Origin: Sulfurimonadaceae bacterium
GTDB lineage: Bacteria; Campylobacterota; Campylobacteria; Campylobacterales; Sulfurimonadaceae
Length of the DNA: 32,321 bases
NCBI GenBank assembly: GCA_041562555.1
Contig: JBFEXS010000015.1
Coordinates: forward strand, 1-32,321
Reading direction: 5' to 3'
The translations under genes and the position numbers were made by a program. Under the pieces are notes generated by a model. The model was given only the letters and a program-made list of their open reading frames with translations. It had not been told where the DNA came from and ran no database searches. Shown one piece after another: positions 8,491-18,865 of this stretch (its first letter is position 1; each line of letters starts with the position of its first letter).

Positions 8491-9132
8491 ATGCTTGTAG
8501 CACCAAGTATTTTGTCAGCTGACTTTGGCAACTTAGCCAATGACGTAAAAGCCATCTGCGATGCAGGATGTGATCTTGTTCACGTAGATGTCATGGATGG
8601 GCATTTTGTACCTAATCTGACCATTGGACCAGTCGTTGTATCTGCCGTTGCAAAAGCCGCTTCAAAACCCCTTGACGTTCATCTTATGGTAGAGAACAAC
8701 ACTTTTTTCGTAGATCTTTTCGCTCCGCTCAAACCGGGCTATATCACCTTTCATATGGAAGAAGAAAAACACCCTCATCGTCTTGTACAATATATCCGGG
8801 AACTTGGTATTAAACCTGGTGTGGTACTCAACCCGCACACACCTGCTGAAGCCGTTGAATACCTTTTACAGGATATCGACATGGTTCTGGTCATGAGTGT
8901 GAATCCGGGGTTCGGTGGTCAAAAGTTCATCCCGAATGTGGTGGAAAAGATCAAGCGTCTCAAAGCACTCCGTGATCGTATTAACCCCGAGTGTCTTATC
9001 GAAATTGACGGCGGAGTCAATGACCAAAATATTCATATGCTCAAAGAGGCGGGCGTTGATGTCTGTGTCGCAGGTTCATACGTCTTCAAACATGACTCCT
9101 ATGAAACAGCAATCAGCAATCTAAAAGTGTAA
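8491..9132 (+). CDS. rpe: Ribulose-phosphate 3-epimerase
   Basis: APSILSADF, HVDVMDGHFVPN, MSVNPGFGGQKF, IDGG motifs. Confidence 0.98.
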   Translation: MLVAPSILSADFGNLANDVKAICDAGCDLVHVDVMDGHFVPNLTIGPVVVSAVAKAASKPLDVHLMVENNTFFVDLFAPLKPGYITFHMEEEKHPHRLVQYIRELGIKPGVVLNPHTPAEAVEYLLQDIDMVLVMSVNPGFGGQKFIPNVVEKIKRLKALRDRINPECLIEIDGGVNDQNIHMLKEAGVDVCVAGSYVFKHDSYETAISNLKV

Positions 9133-9150
9133 AGCTTAACAGGGGTCTTC

Positions 9151-9738
9151 ATGAGAGTCAAAATTTGCGGTATCACCAATATAGATGATGCCTTTGCTGC
9201 TATCGATGCCGGTGCAGATGCCCTTGGTTTTGTCTTTTATGAGAAATCTCCACGCTTCATTTCTCCGGAAGATGCCTCTTCCATTATCAAGCAGCTTCCG
9301 CCTTTTGTTGAAAAAGTCGGTTTGTTTGTCAATGAAGAAGCAGCGTCCATCAACGCTATGGCCAAGACGTCAGGTATCACACTGGTTCAGCTTCATTTTG
9401 ACGCTGATGATGCGCTGTGTAAAGCCGTCGAACTTCCCTATATCAAAGTCATTCGCGCCCAAAACCCACAGGATGTTTCACAGGATCCAACTTCATATCG
9501 TTTGGTCGATGCCTATTGCGAAGCCTATGGCGGTGTCGGAAAACGCCTTAATCTAGAATGGTTCAGGGATGTCGATTGTTCCAAGATAATTCTTGCCGGG
9601 GGGCTTGATCCTGACAACGTCAAAGAGTGTCTTCCTTACGGGTTTTATGCCCTGGACGTAAGTTCGGGTGTTGAAGCCTCCAAGGGTGTTAAGGATACCA
9701 AAAAGGTCACTGCTTTTATCAAAGAAGCCAAATGCTAA
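9151..9738 (+). CDS. trpF: Phosphoribosylanthranilate isomerase
   Basis: VKICGIT, SPR, VQLH, LAGGL, LDVSSGVE motifs. Confidence 0.97.
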   Translation: MRVKICGITNIDDAFAAIDAGADALGFVFYEKSPRFISPEDASSIIKQLPPFVEKVGLFVNEEAASINAMAKTSGITLVQLHFDADDALCKAVELPYIKVIRAQNPQDVSQDPTSYRLVDAYCEAYGGVGKRLNLEWFRDVDCSKIILAGGLDPDNVKECLPYGFYALDVSSGVEASKGVKDTKKVTAFIKEAKC

Positions 9739-10523
9739 GTAAATTGGACACGGCCCTCAGCCAACAAGGCATCAGCCGTGATCGATTCTACAATGCTCTG
9801 GAGAAGTTTGGTGAACCCGATATGCTAATTGAGCTGCTGAAAGCTCAAGGGCTTCCTCTATATGAACATCAGGGAAAGTTTATCTACAAAGGCGTAATCC
9901 AACCGCTTTCACACGGTAAGTTTTGTATCATGGATATCGAGACCAATGGTTCCAAACCACAAAAAGGGCATAGCATCATAGAGCTTGGCGCTGTTATCTA
10001 CCAAGATGGCGAGATTATCGATGAGTTTGAGTCTTTTGTGCAATGCAACGAGATTCCGGAAACCATCCAAGAACTGACCGGTATCACACTAGACGATACA
10101 CGCAATGCTCCTCCTTTAAAAGAGGTGATGTTCCAGTTTAAACGCTTCATCGGTGATGCAATCTTTGTCGCTCATGATGTACGTTTTGATTATAGGTTTA
10201 CCTCTGCAATGATGGAACGTGTCGGTTTGGAACCCTTGGCCAATCGGAAGCTTTGTACCTTTGAACTGGCACAGCGTACCCTTAAATGCGAGCGATATGG
10301 TTTAAAATACTTAAATGAGAGTTTGAACCTTCATCAAGAAGCCGAACACCATCGGGCACTTTCTGATGCAATTACCGCCCTTGAACTCCTGAAAATATGT
10401 TTCGATAAACTGCCAAAGAAAGTAAACACCGTTGAGGAATTGATAAAGTTCAGCAAAGAAGCACCCAAACTACGCAAAGACCCTCAGAAGAAAAACGAGC
10501 CAAAGGCTCAGAAGAAAGGATAG
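9732..10523 (+). CDS. DEDDh 3'-5' exonuclease (DNA polymerase III epsilon-like)
   Basis: DIETNG, AHDVRFD and HRALSDA exonuclease motifs. Confidence 0.88.
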   Translation: MLSKLDTALSQQGISRDRFYNALEKFGEPDMLIELLKAQGLPLYEHQGKFIYKGVIQPLSHGKFCIMDIETNGSKPQKGHSIIELGAVIYQDGEIIDEFESFVQCNEIPETIQELTGITLDDTRNAPPLKEVMFQFKRFIGDAIFVAHDVRFDYRFTSAMMERVGLEPLANRKLCTFELAQRTLKCERYGLKYLNESLNLHQEAEHHRALSDAITALELLKICFDKLPKKVNTVEELIKFSKEAPKLRKDPQKKNEPKAQKKG

Positions 10524-10526
10524 CTA

Positions 10527-11465
10527 TTACTCTTCGCTGAAAGCACCATGCGAAGTAAGGCGGGCATAGCGTTTATCCATACGTTCTTCGGTACTCATAG
10601 CATTAAGCTCTTCAACCGTATGTAAAAAATAATCTCCCATTGCCTTTGCTGCACCCTCTTTATCACGGTGAGCACCGATCAGAGGTTCGTCAATAACATC
10701 ATCAATCAGATCCAGTTCCTTAAGATCCTTAGAGGTGATCTTCATGGCTTTTGTCGCTGCTTCGGCTTTTGCCGGGTCATTCCAAAGAATTGCTGAACAG
10801 CCCTCTGGCGAGATCACTGAAAAGACCGAATAGCGCATCATCGCAAGCTTGTCTGCTACACCGATTGCAAGCGCACCGCCTGATCCGCCTTCACCGATGA
10901 CGATCGATACTGTCGGTGTATCAAGTTCTGCCAGTTCCAATAGGTTTCGGGCAATTGCTTCCGACTGATTTCGCTCTTCTGCTCCCAGACCAGGATAGGC
11001 GCCCGGAGTGTCAATAAGCATCAGGACCGGAATGCCAAACTTCTCTGCCATCTTCGCCGCTCTAAGTGCTTTACGGTATCCTTCCGGGTTAGGCATACCG
11101 AAATTGCGTTTAAGCTTGTTCTTTGTACCGCGGCCCTTCTGTTCACCAATGACCATTGTACGCTGTGTACCAATATAGCCAAGATAACAAATGATCGCAT
11201 TATCATCCGAAAAATGGCGATCCCCATGTATCTCATAATGATCACGCATCAAAAGGTTAATGTAATCAAGTGCATAGGGGCGATCTTGATGACGCGCTAA
11301 TTGAAGCTCTTGAAAAGGAGTAAGATTTGAATAGGTCTTTTTAACTTCTTTATCTAAATCTTTTTGTAATATCTCAGCAGCATGAGAGTCGTGGCGCACC
11401 TCTGCTGAGATGATATCTTCTTGGATCTGCTTGATTTTTTGCTCAAAATCTAGGTAAATTGCCAA
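10527..11465 (-). CDS. accA: Acetyl-CoA carboxylase carboxyltransferase alpha subunit
   Basis: [44 protein letters not shown] start. Confidence 0.98.
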   Translation of the reverse strand: MAIYLDFEQKIKQIQEDIISAEVRHDSHAAEILQKDLDKEVKKTYSNLTPFQELQLARHQDRPYALDYINLLMRDHYEIHGDRHFSDDNAIICYLGYIGTQRTMVIGEQKGRGTKNKLKRNFGMPNPEGYRKALRAAKMAEKFGIPVLMLIDTPGAYPGLGAEERNQSEAIARNLLELAELDTPTVSIVIGEGGSGGALAIGVADKLAMMRYSVFSVISPEGCSAILWNDPAKAEAATKAMKITSKDLKELDLIDDVIDEPLIGAHRDKEGAAKAMGDYFLHTVEELNAMSTEERMDKRYARLTSHGAFSEE

Positions 11466-11474
11466 GGAAGTCCT

Positions 11475-12692
11475 TTAGATTTTTTTGAAGATTATAACAC
11501 CGTTTGTTCCACCGAAACCAAAGGAGTTACTCATCACAACGTTCAATTCAGCCTTGCGTGCCTCATTCGGAACAATATCAAGATCACAGTTCTCATCAGG
11601 ATTTTGATAATTGATTGTCGGAGGGATAATACCATCGCGCATCGCCATTAAGGAAACGACCGCTTCGATACCACCCGCTGCACCCAGACAGTGACCTGTT
11701 TGTCCTTTGGTTGAAGAGACCGGAGGACAGTTCTCTTTTCCACCAAAGGCTTCTTTCAATGCAGCAGTCTCATTCTTATCATTTGTCGGTGTAGATGTAC
11801 CGTGTGCATTCACGTAATCCACCTTAGGATTACCTGCCATGCTCAATGCTGCATTCATTGCACGCAATGGACCTTCCAAGCTTGGAGAAGTAATGTGGCT
11901 TGCATCTCCACTCTCACCGAATCCTACCAGCTCAGCATAGATCTTAGCTCCACGTGCTTTTGCACTTTCATACTCTTCGAGTACCAGTGCTGCAGCACCC
12001 TCACCCATAACAAAACCATCACGTTCTGCATCGAAGGGACGGGAAGCCGTTTGCGGATCATCATTACGTGTTGATAATGCTTTCATTGATGCGAACCCAC
12101 CAATCCCGACACCTGTAATAGCAGATTCAGCTGCAACGACAAGCATCTGTTCAGCTCCATTACACATAATGGTTTTTGCTGCTTCTGAGACACCGTGCGT
12201 ACCGGCAGCACAAGCAGTTACACAAGAAAGGTTCGGACCTTTGATCCCGTGTTCAATCGTTACAAATCCACCCAGCATGTTTACCAAAGCGGAAGGAATG
12301 AAAAAAGGTGAGATACGGCGAGGACCACGTTCATTCAGCACGATTGAGTTTTTCTCAATTGCAGGAAGTCCACCAATACCTGATGCTGCAGATATCCCAA
12401 AACGATCTTTATTGAAGTCCTCAGCAAAATCAGCATCCGCCATCGCTTCTTGTGCCGCCTTAAGACCCAGTTGGATAAAGCGGTCTGCTTTTTTAACCTC
12501 TTTCGGTTCCATTACAGTAGCAGGGTCAAAGTCCTTTACCTCACCGGCAATATTAACTGACTGACCTTCAGTATCAAAAAGAGTAATCTTTTCAATACCG
12601 CTTTTTCCTTCGCAAATCGCTTTAAAAGCACTCTCTTTATCATTTCCAACTGCATTGATCATACCTAGACCGGTTACTACAACTCTTCTCAC
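11475..12692 (-). CDS. fabF: Beta-ketoacyl-ACP synthase II
   Basis: RRVVVTGLG, TACAAG, NAHGTST, GHCLGAAG, NSFGFGG; GTG start. Confidence 0.98.
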   Translation of the reverse strand: MRRVVVTGLGMINAVGNDKESAFKAICEGKSGIEKITLFDTEGQSVNIAGEVKDFDPATVMEPKEVKKADRFIQLGLKAAQEAMADADFAEDFNKDRFGISAASGIGGLPAIEKNSIVLNERGPRRISPFFIPSALVNMLGGFVTIEHGIKGPNLSCVTACAAGTHGVSEAAKTIMCNGAEQMLVVAAESAITGVGIGGFASMKALSTRNDDPQTASRPFDAERDGFVMGEGAAALVLEEYESAKARGAKIYAELVGFGESGDASHITSPSLEGPLRAMNAALSMAGNPKVDYVNAHGTSTPTNDKNETAALKEAFGGKENCPPVSSTKGQTGHCLGAAGGIEAVVSLMAMRDGIIPPTINYQNPDENCDLDIVPNEARKAELNVVMSNSFGFGGTNGVIIFKKI

Positions 12693-12734
12693 ATCTACTC
12701 CTGGGAATATGTTCTTATAATTTGATTTTAAAAA

Positions 12735-12833
12735 AATGAAAGTATAAAAACAGGCTTTTTATTAATTCATTATGACCTATGAGCAAAGCTCACAAACCTG
12801 AGCGAACACTGAGGTTTACTCAGTAGAAGGCTC
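12735..12833. repeat. Cluster of short palindromes between acpP and fabF
   Basis: AATGAA..ATAAAAA/TTTTTAT..TTCATT (12735-12771), TGAGC-AAA-GCTCA (12780-12792), and ACTGAG-GTTTA-CTCAGT (12808-12824) inside GAGC/GCTC. Confidence 0.5.
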
Positions 12834-12868
12834 GTACACCTTAGTGCATTTGATTCAAAAGGGAAGTT

Positions 12869-13096
12869 CTACTTGCTTTCGATATAGTCTACTACATCTT
12901 TAACAGTTTGAATTTTTTCAGCTTCGTCATCTGGGATTTCGATGTCGAATTTTTCTTCAAGTGCCATTACTAGTTCAACTACATCAAGACTGTCAGCGCC
13001 AAGATCTTCTACGAATTTCGCATCTTCTTTTACTTCGTCAGCGCTTACGCTTAATTGTTCAACTACTACTTCTTTGATATCGTCTAAAAGTGCCAT
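12869..13096 (-). CDS. acpP: Acyl carrier protein
   Basis: [18 protein letters not shown] phosphopantetheine attachment motif. Confidence 0.99.
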   Translation of the reverse strand: MALLDDIKEVVVEQLSVSADEVKEDAKFVEDLGADSLDVVELVMALEEKFDIEIPDDEAEKIQTVKDVVDYIESK

Positions 13097-13127
13097 TAGT
13101 GCTCCTAACTATTATTTTATGCCCAGA

Positions 13128-13136
13128 ATTATAGCA
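13128..13136 (-). promoter_or_regulatory. Extended -10 (TGCTATAAT) of acpP-fabF-accA
   Basis: Perfect TGnTATAAT with upstream TTAAG and phased T tracts. Confidence 0.75.
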
Positions 13137-13235
13137 CACTTAACTTAAACAGTAAAATAATAAGCATAAAGTTTTTTTGAAAACAACAAGTAAGAAAAAT
13201 AGCAAAAAAAGAAGTGTTTAAAAGAAGAAATGGCC

Positions 13236-13982
13236 TTAGGCCATGTTCATTCCACCGTTGACTTTTAGAGTCTCACCGGTAATATAGGATGCGTGATCCG
13301 AAAGTAAAAAAGCCGTTGCTTCTGCTACTTCAGAAGGGTTTCCAAAACGTCCCATAGGGATTTTGTCCGTAAATGAAGCCTTGATCTCGTCACTTAGTTC
13401 ATCTGTCATATCTGTTGCGATGAAACCTGGAGTAATCGTATTGTAACGGATACCCGAAGTTGCTGCTTCAATAGCGAAAGACTTGGTCATTGCGATCACC
13501 CCGCCTTTAGAAGCTGAATAGTTTGTCTGACCTGCATTACCCGTCTCACCGACGATCGAAGAGATATTCACGACTGAGCCAAATTTTTTCTTGCGTGCTG
13601 CTTTGAAAAACTCTCTGCACCCTGTGAACACAGAAGTAAGATTAGCATTAATAACGGACATAAAGTCTTCATTTTTCATACGCAGTGCCAGTTTATCATT
13701 GGTGATGCCGGCATTATTTACAAGATATGCCAGTTCACCGTCAGCAGTTATTATTTCCTTGATACCGTTAACAAATGCTTCTTCATCAGAAACATCAAAA
13801 CCGATCACCTCGGCAGATCCGCCTGCAGCGACGATCGCTTCTTTAACCGCATTTGCTTCCGCTTCACCTGAACGATAGTTCACCCATACTTTAAGACCAT
13901 AAGCTGCCAGCCCTTTTGCCAGTTCTGCACCGATACCGCGACTTGCACCTGTGACCAAAACATTTTTACCTGTAAACTTCAT
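13236..13982 (-). CDS. fabG: 3-oxoacyl-ACP reductase
   Basis: TGASRGIG, NNAGIT, YSASK SDR motifs; adjacent to acpP. Confidence 0.97.
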   Translation of the reverse strand: MKFTGKNVLVTGASRGIGAELAKGLAAYGLKVWVNYRSGEAEANAVKEAIVAAGGSAEVIGFDVSDEEAFVNGIKEIITADGELAYLVNNAGITNDKLALRMKNEDFMSVINANLTSVFTGCREFFKAARKKKFGSVVNISSIVGETGNAGQTNYSASKGGVIAMTKSFAIEAATSGIRYNTITPGFIATDMTDELSDEIKASFTDKIPMGRFGNPSEVAEATAFLLSDHASYITGETLKVNGGMNMA

Positions 13983-14021
13983 TATATAGACTTCCTTTTT
14001 GAATAGTTTAAATTTTAAAAG

Positions 14022-14141
14022 CGCGGTTCCTGCGCGTGAGCTCTCCGCTGAGAAGAACCCAGGGTTAGCGTAGTTAAATGGGCTTTACTAAAGAAACTTT
14101 TCACTTCGTGAAACCGCTTCCACTGGTTTTGCCCATTTGAC
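14022..14141. repeat. Nested palindromic element between gpmI and fabG
   Basis: Outer IR GTTAAATGGGC (14073-14083)/GCCCATTTGAC (14131-14141) encloses TTTCAC-TTC-GTGAAA (14099-14113); further hairpins at 14022-14036 and 14056-14077. Confidence 0.5.
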
Positions 14142-14143
14142 GT

Positions 14144-15619
14144 TTAAATTAAAGCGTGATCCATCTCTTCAGGGATCTCAAGACCCATCAAGGTCAAGAC
14201 TGTCGGTGCGATGTTGTTTAAACCGCCTGTCTCGACTTTATCTACACCATCAGCAGCAACAAAACACCACACTTTTCCGACCGTATGATTTGTCAATGTA
14301 TTTCCTGCTTGATCTTTCATCTCTTCACAATTTCCGTGATCAGAAGTAAGGACAACAGCATAATCATTTTCTTTGGCTTTGTCAAAGATCATGCCTAACT
14401 CTTTGTCAACTGCTTCTACCGCTTTGATGGATGCTTCATAGTTTCCCGTATGCCCGACCATGTCGCCATTTGCAAAATTCACTACAATGAAATCCGTCTC
14501 TTCATCCATCGCCTTGCGAACGGCCTCCCCTACTTCAGGAGCCGACATCTCAGGCTTTTCATCATAGGTCTTGACCTTCGGACTTGGGATCAGTACACGC
14601 GACTCGTTCAAGAACGGTTCATCTACACCTCCATTGAGGAAAAAAGTAACATGGGCATATTTTTCCGTCTCAGCTGTATGCAGCTGATTGAGGCCTGCCT
14701 TGGAGATCACTTCGGCCAGAGTGTTTGTCGGTGCATCTTTCGGAAAGAGGATCGGATAGGTAAAACTCTTGTTATACTCTGTCATCGTGGCTATGTTCAG
14801 CGCTTTGTATTCGCGTTCAAAACCATCAAAGTCCGCATCTCCAAGTGCTGTCGTGATCTCACGAACACGGTCCGATCTAAAGTTCACACAAATATAGGCG
14901 TCGCCTTTTTGCATCCCTTTATATCCTTCAAATGCCGTTGGGACAATAAACTCATCCGTCTCATCTTTTGCATATGATGCATCAACATATTCCGTTGCAC
15001 TCATGGATGTGACCGGAGTAGCTTCCGCCATCGCTTTATATCCAGGTTCTACGCGTTCCCATCGGTTATCCCTGTCCATCGTATAAAAACGTCCGGCGAT
15101 AGAAGCGATCTGTATCTTGTCACTGCAGATTTCTTCGATCTGTCTGATATAGGTGTTCGCAGAAGTAGGAGACACATCACGACCATCCGTGATCAAGTGT
15201 AAGAAAACATTCTTCCCCTCTGCTTCGGCAATCTGTGCGATACCGATCAAGTGTGAGATATGCGAATGTACTCCACCGTCACTCAACAAACCCATCAGAT
15301 GTACGTTTTCGCTTGATGCCAGAGTCGCCTTTAAAACCGTATTGTCTTTTAATGTGTTTTCCTGCAAGGCCAAAGAGATCTTGACAAGGTCTTGATAAAG
15401 TACACGCCCGCTACCGATGGACAGATGCCCTACCTCCGAGTTACCCATCTGACCTTCAGGAAGACCAACACTTAATCCATAGGTGTCAATCAGAGAATGA
15501 GGCACTTCTTTAAACAATCTGTCATACGTCGGTTTATTGGCTTTGTGAAATGCATTATGTTCCGTACGTTCACAAAAACCGATGCCATCAGTAATTATCA
15601 ATACCGCTTTTTTTGCCAC
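14144..15619 (-). CDS. gpmI: 2,3-bisphosphoglycerate-independent phosphoglycerate mutase
   Basis: [41 protein letters not shown] motifs. Start moved to GTG 15619, which follows GGAG. Confidence 0.98.
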   Translation of the reverse strand: MAKKAVLIITDGIGFCERTEHNAFHKANKPTYDRLFKEVPHSLIDTYGLSVGLPEGQMGNSEVGHLSIGSGRVLYQDLVKISLALQENTLKDNTVLKATLASSENVHLMGLLSDGGVHSHISHLIGIAQIAEAEGKNVFLHLITDGRDVSPTSANTYIRQIEEICSDKIQIASIAGRFYTMDRDNRWERVEPGYKAMAEATPVTSMSATEYVDASYAKDETDEFIVPTAFEGYKGMQKGDAYICVNFRSDRVREITTALGDADFDGFEREYKALNIATMTEYNKSFTYPILFPKDAPTNTLAEVISKAGLNQLHTAETEKYAHVTFFLNGGVDEPFLNESRVLIPSPKVKTYDEKPEMSAPEVGEAVRKAMDEETDFIVVNFANGDMVGHTGNYEASIKAVEAVDKELGMIFDKAKENDYAVVLTSDHGNCEEMKDQAGNTLTNHTVGKVWCFVAADGVDKVETGGLNNIAPTVLTLMGLEIPEEMDHALI

Positions 15620-15708
15620 GATCTTAACTCCATATATCAAAATTTCGAATCCCTAGACAGGGGGCTTTGAAACCGCTGTGAGACTCTCTTTATATTTGTA
15701 TTAGCGCG

Positions 15709-15741
15709 ATTATACTAAAATGTCACTTTTATTTTTATAAT
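15709..15741. promoter_or_regulatory. Back-to-back divergent -10 boxes for gpmI (-) and mraY (+)
   Basis: TATAAT on the minus strand at 15709-15714 and on the plus strand at 15736-15741. Confidence 0.55.
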
Positions 15742-15786
15742 AAGCTTTTGTTTTATCATCTCAACTATACAGATTTAGGATTTTCA

Positions 15787-16845
15787 ATGCTTTACTGGTT
15801 CTATCGACATCTTGATATCAATATCTTTCAATACATAACTGTACGTGCCGGTTTTGCTTTCTTTTTCGCACTGCTTATCACCCTCTTTGCCATGCCGAGA
15901 TTTATCAGATGGGCGCAAGACAGATGCGAACAGCCAATCAATGATTATGCCCCTGATTCTCATCAGCATAAAGCAAAAACACCCACTATGGGGGGTGTTG
16001 TTTTCCTGGCCGCCACCCTTATTGCAACGGCCTTAACCGCTAAACTCAACTCCTATTTTGTTGTAGGCGGATTACTGACATTGAGTCTTTTCGGACTGAT
16101 CGGTCTTAAAGATGATCTTTCCAAAGTACTGACCAATGAAAACCTGGCAGGACTCTCTCCTCGGGCAAAGCTTATCTCTCAGATACTTTCAGCAAGTGTC
16201 GTCGGCCTCTACCTATGTTACTACGCTGACTTTAATACAGATCTATATCTGCCTTTTTTCAAGAACCCGATTTTTGATATGGGACCTTTTGCCATCATCT
16301 TTTGGATACTCGTGATGATCGCGACCTCCAATGCAGTCAACCTTACCGATGGTCTTGACGGACTTGCTTCCGTTCCTTCCATATTCTCATTGCTCTCGCT
16401 CTCCGTCATTGTCTACATTACCGGACATGCGATCTTTTCCAAATATCTTCTGCTTCCTAATTTCCCGGTCGGAGAAGTAGTCATTATCGCCTCGGCACTG
16501 ATCGGAGCCATCACCGGATTCTTATGGTTCAACTGCCACCCGGCAGAGGTCTTCATGGGAGATAGCGGCTCACTGACTATCGGTGCCTTTATTGCATATA
16601 TGGCGATCGTCGGGAAATCTGAAGTACTCCTCGTACTCATAGGCCTTATCTTTGTTATTGAGACCGTCTCCGTCATCTTGCAGGTAGGTTCGTATAAACT
16701 TCGTCAGAAACGTGTCTTTTTAATGGCACCGATTCACCATCATTTTGAGATGAAAGAGTGGGCCGAGAATAAGATCATTGTGCGCTTCTGGATTATTTCC
16801 GTACTCTCAAACCTTATTGCCCTGATCTCATTGAAGATCCGTTAA
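15787..16845 (+). CDS. mraY: Phospho-N-acetylmuramoyl-pentapeptide transferase
   Basis: [37 protein letters not shown] motifs; start at ATG 15787 after AGGA. Confidence 0.98.
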   Translation: MLYWFYRHLDINIFQYITVRAGFAFFFALLITLFAMPRFIRWAQDRCEQPINDYAPDSHQHKAKTPTMGGVVFLAATLIATALTAKLNSYFVVGGLLTLSLFGLIGLKDDLSKVLTNENLAGLSPRAKLISQILSASVVGLYLCYYADFNTDLYLPFFKNPIFDMGPFAIIFWILVMIATSNAVNLTDGLDGLASVPSIFSLLSLSVIVYITGHAIFSKYLLLPNFPVGEVVIIASALIGAITGFLWFNCHPAEVFMGDSGSLTIGAFIAYMAIVGKSEVLLVLIGLIFVIETVSVILQVGSYKLRQKRVFLMAPIHHHFEMKEWAENKIIVRFWIISVLSNLIALISLKIR

Positions 16846-16857
16846 TGGAGCTGCCAA

Positions 16858-18066
16858 ATGTCCCATCTGAACAGTGATATCTCTTTCTTCGGATATGGAA
16901 AGACCACCCGAGCCCTGGCTAAAAAACTCGGACCCTCACGTTTTTATGACGATAATGTCTCCAAACCCTTAAAAGATGATGAAGGCAACCAGCTTAACCC
17001 ATCCAGCGAGTTTAATGCTGCATATTCACGTTGTGAGATCCCTTCACCGGGTATGGCACCAAGCCATCCGCTGATCCAGCAGGCACAAAACCTTATCAGT
17101 GAATACGACTATTTCGCCGACACAATGCCTCCTTCTGTATGGATATCCGGGACCAACGGCAAGACGACCACCACACAGATGATCCAAACCTTGTTAGCTC
17201 CACACGGTTCTCAGGCGGGTGGCAACATCGGTACTCCTCTCGCTGAATTGGACACTGAAGCTTCCCTGTGGATACTTGAAACGAGTTCTTTCACTCTGCA
17301 TTATACGAATAAAGCTGTTCCAAAGGTCTATGTACTCCTTCCGATCACGCCGGATCATCTCTATTGGCATGGGTCAATGCAGGAATATGAAGCATCCAAA
17401 CTGAAGCCGCTGATGATGATGCAAGAGGGGGATGCCGTACTGATCCCAAAAAAATATGCAGATTATCCGACAAAGGCAATGAAGATCATCTATGAGAAGA
17501 ACGAAGACCTCGCCGCGTATTTTGATATTGACATCGCACAGCTCCGTTTCAAGGGAGCTTTCTTGCAAGATGCCCTGCTCGCACTTGGTGTCAGCAAGAT
17601 ACTCTTCGATGAGTGTGACTATACACTCATCAACAGCATGCAATTGGATGCACATCGCCAGGAAGAGCTGCATGACAAACATGGACGATTATGGGTAAAC
17701 GACTCTAAGGCAACAAATCTGGATGCTACGGTCCAGGCACTGAAAACCTATCAAGACCACTCCCTTTCACTCATACTCGGTGGCGATGACAAAGGTGTTG
17801 ATCTGAGTGAGCTCTTTATACTCCTGCAAACACTCGATGTTGAGATCTTTACTATAGGTAAGAATGAACCTAAACTTCTTGAACTTGCCAAAGCTCACAA
17901 TATTACTGCAACCGAGTGTAACACTATCGATATCGCCTGCGAAAAGATACGTTCACAAACGGACAATACCCGTACAGTTCTGCTTTCACCTGCCGCTGCA
18001 AGTCTTGATCAATTCAGCTCTTATGGTGAAAGAGGTGACAAATTCAAAGAATTCGCCTTACTTTAA
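16858..18066 (+). CDS. murD: UDP-N-acetylmuramoyl-L-alanine--D-glutamate ligase
   Basis: SGTNGKTTT, GGNIG, ETSSF, NDSKATN, LSPAAASLDQF motifs; follows mraY. Confidence 0.97.
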   Translation: MSHLNSDISFFGYGKTTRALAKKLGPSRFYDDNVSKPLKDDEGNQLNPSSEFNAAYSRCEIPSPGMAPSHPLIQQAQNLISEYDYFADTMPPSVWISGTNGKTTTTQMIQTLLAPHGSQAGGNIGTPLAELDTEASLWILETSSFTLHYTNKAVPKVYVLLPITPDHLYWHGSMQEYEASKLKPLMMMQEGDAVLIPKKYADYPTKAMKIIYEKNEDLAAYFDIDIAQLRFKGAFLQDALLALGVSKILFDECDYTLINSMQLDAHRQEELHDKHGRLWVNDSKATNLDATVQALKTYQDHSLSLILGGDDKGVDLSELFILLQTLDVEIFTIGKNEPKLLELAKAHNITATECNTIDIACEKIRSQTDNTRTVLLSPAAASLDQFSSYGERGDKFKEFALL

Positions 18067-18119
18067 GTTTAATGTAACACCTCTTAGGTTATTATTTCGG
18101 CCTCTTAAATATTTGATAT

Positions 18120-18195
18120 GCCTCGTTAGCTCAGTCGGTAGAGCAAATGACTGAAAATCATTGTGTCCTTGGTTCGATTCCGAGACGAGGCACCA
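18120..18195 (+). tRNA. tRNA-Phe (GAA)
   Basis: GCCTCGT acceptor stem, anticodon arm AATGA-CTGAAAA-TCATT, GGTTCGATTCC T arm, CCA end. Confidence 0.97.
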
Positions 18196-18235
18196 TCTCA
18201 ATTATTTAAGAACTTTTTTTCATTGACAACCCTAT

Positions 18236-18311
18236 GCCTCGTTAGCTCAGTCGGTAGAGCAAATGACTGAAAATCATTGTGTCCTTGGTTCGATTCCGAG
18301 ACGAGGCACCA
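18236..18311 (+). tRNA. tRNA-Phe (GAA), identical second copy
   Basis: Same 76-nt sequence as 18120-18195, separated by a 40-nt spacer. Confidence 0.97.
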
Positions 18312-18466
18312 CTTTTAATACACTTTTTTCCTTTAAACCATTGATATGATCTTATCCACCTGAAACATGCATTTAGCATATTCCCATATGGCATATCATA
18401 CCGCGGTATGCTTCGTCAAGTCCTGCCTTGATTAAAGAATCAAAACATTCTAACAAGCCTTTCTTT

Positions 18467-18475
18467 TGTTATAAT
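18467..18475 (+). promoter_or_regulatory. Extended -10 (TGTTATAAT)
   Basis: Perfect TGnTATAAT about 50 nt upstream of ATG 18527. Confidence 0.6.
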
Positions 18476-18526
18476 CGCGCATGCTTCGCATATTGCTATT
18501 TTTAATTGAGTCGTGAAAGGGTATAT

Positions 18527-18865
18527 ATGTTTAAAAGGCAATGTCCATGTTGTTCAACTAATATCAGGCTGAAAGAGTTTTTATCGCTATTTCCCAATTC
18601 CAGAGTCAATAACTATAAGGATGTATCTTGTGATCACTGTTCATCACAATTACTACCCCAGAAAATAGTCTCTAAAATATACTTGACCTATTTCCTTTTA
18701 ACATCATTTTTACTTCCAATCACGATTTTTCTAAGACAAATGAATGAGACAACGACTTTTTTGTTCACATTATCAATGATTGGGCTCAGCTACTGTTTAT
18801 TTTTTGTCTTTTCTATCATATACATACTTCATAAACTTGTAGATAGGTATCATCATTGCAAATGA
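18527..18865 (+). CDS. Small membrane protein with N-terminal zinc-ribbon-like CxxC...CxxC
   Basis: CPCC...CDHC followed by two hydrophobic helices; its stop overlaps the next start (ATGA); AT-rich. Confidence 0.6.
   Translation: MFKRQCPCCSTNIRLKEFLSLFPNSRVNNYKDVSCDHCSSQLLPQKIVSKIYLTYFLLTSFLLPITIFLRQMNETTTFLFTLSMIGLSYCLFFVFSIIYILHKLVDRYHHCK

Noticed and set aside
14047..14072. GCTGAGAAGAACCC resembles the TPP riboswitch core
   Set aside because: Lacks the ACCTGAT and P5 motifs, is antisense to fabG, and no thiamine gene is nearby.
14095..14136. Minus-strand GGGCAAAACC...GGAA...GGT resembles c-di-GMP-I riboswitch P1
   Set aside because: The GACGCAAA junction and the P2 tetraloop receptor are absent.
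14450..14977. 175-aa plus-strand ORF, and similar short ORFs overlapping groEL, fabF, mraY, msbA and others
   Set aside because: Antisense or alternate-frame shadows of well-supported housekeeping genes.
18120..18311. 76-bp direct repeat with a 40-nt spacer as a possible CRISPR array or att duplication
   Set aside because: Both copies are complete tRNA-Phe genes with CCA; no cas or integrase gene is present.
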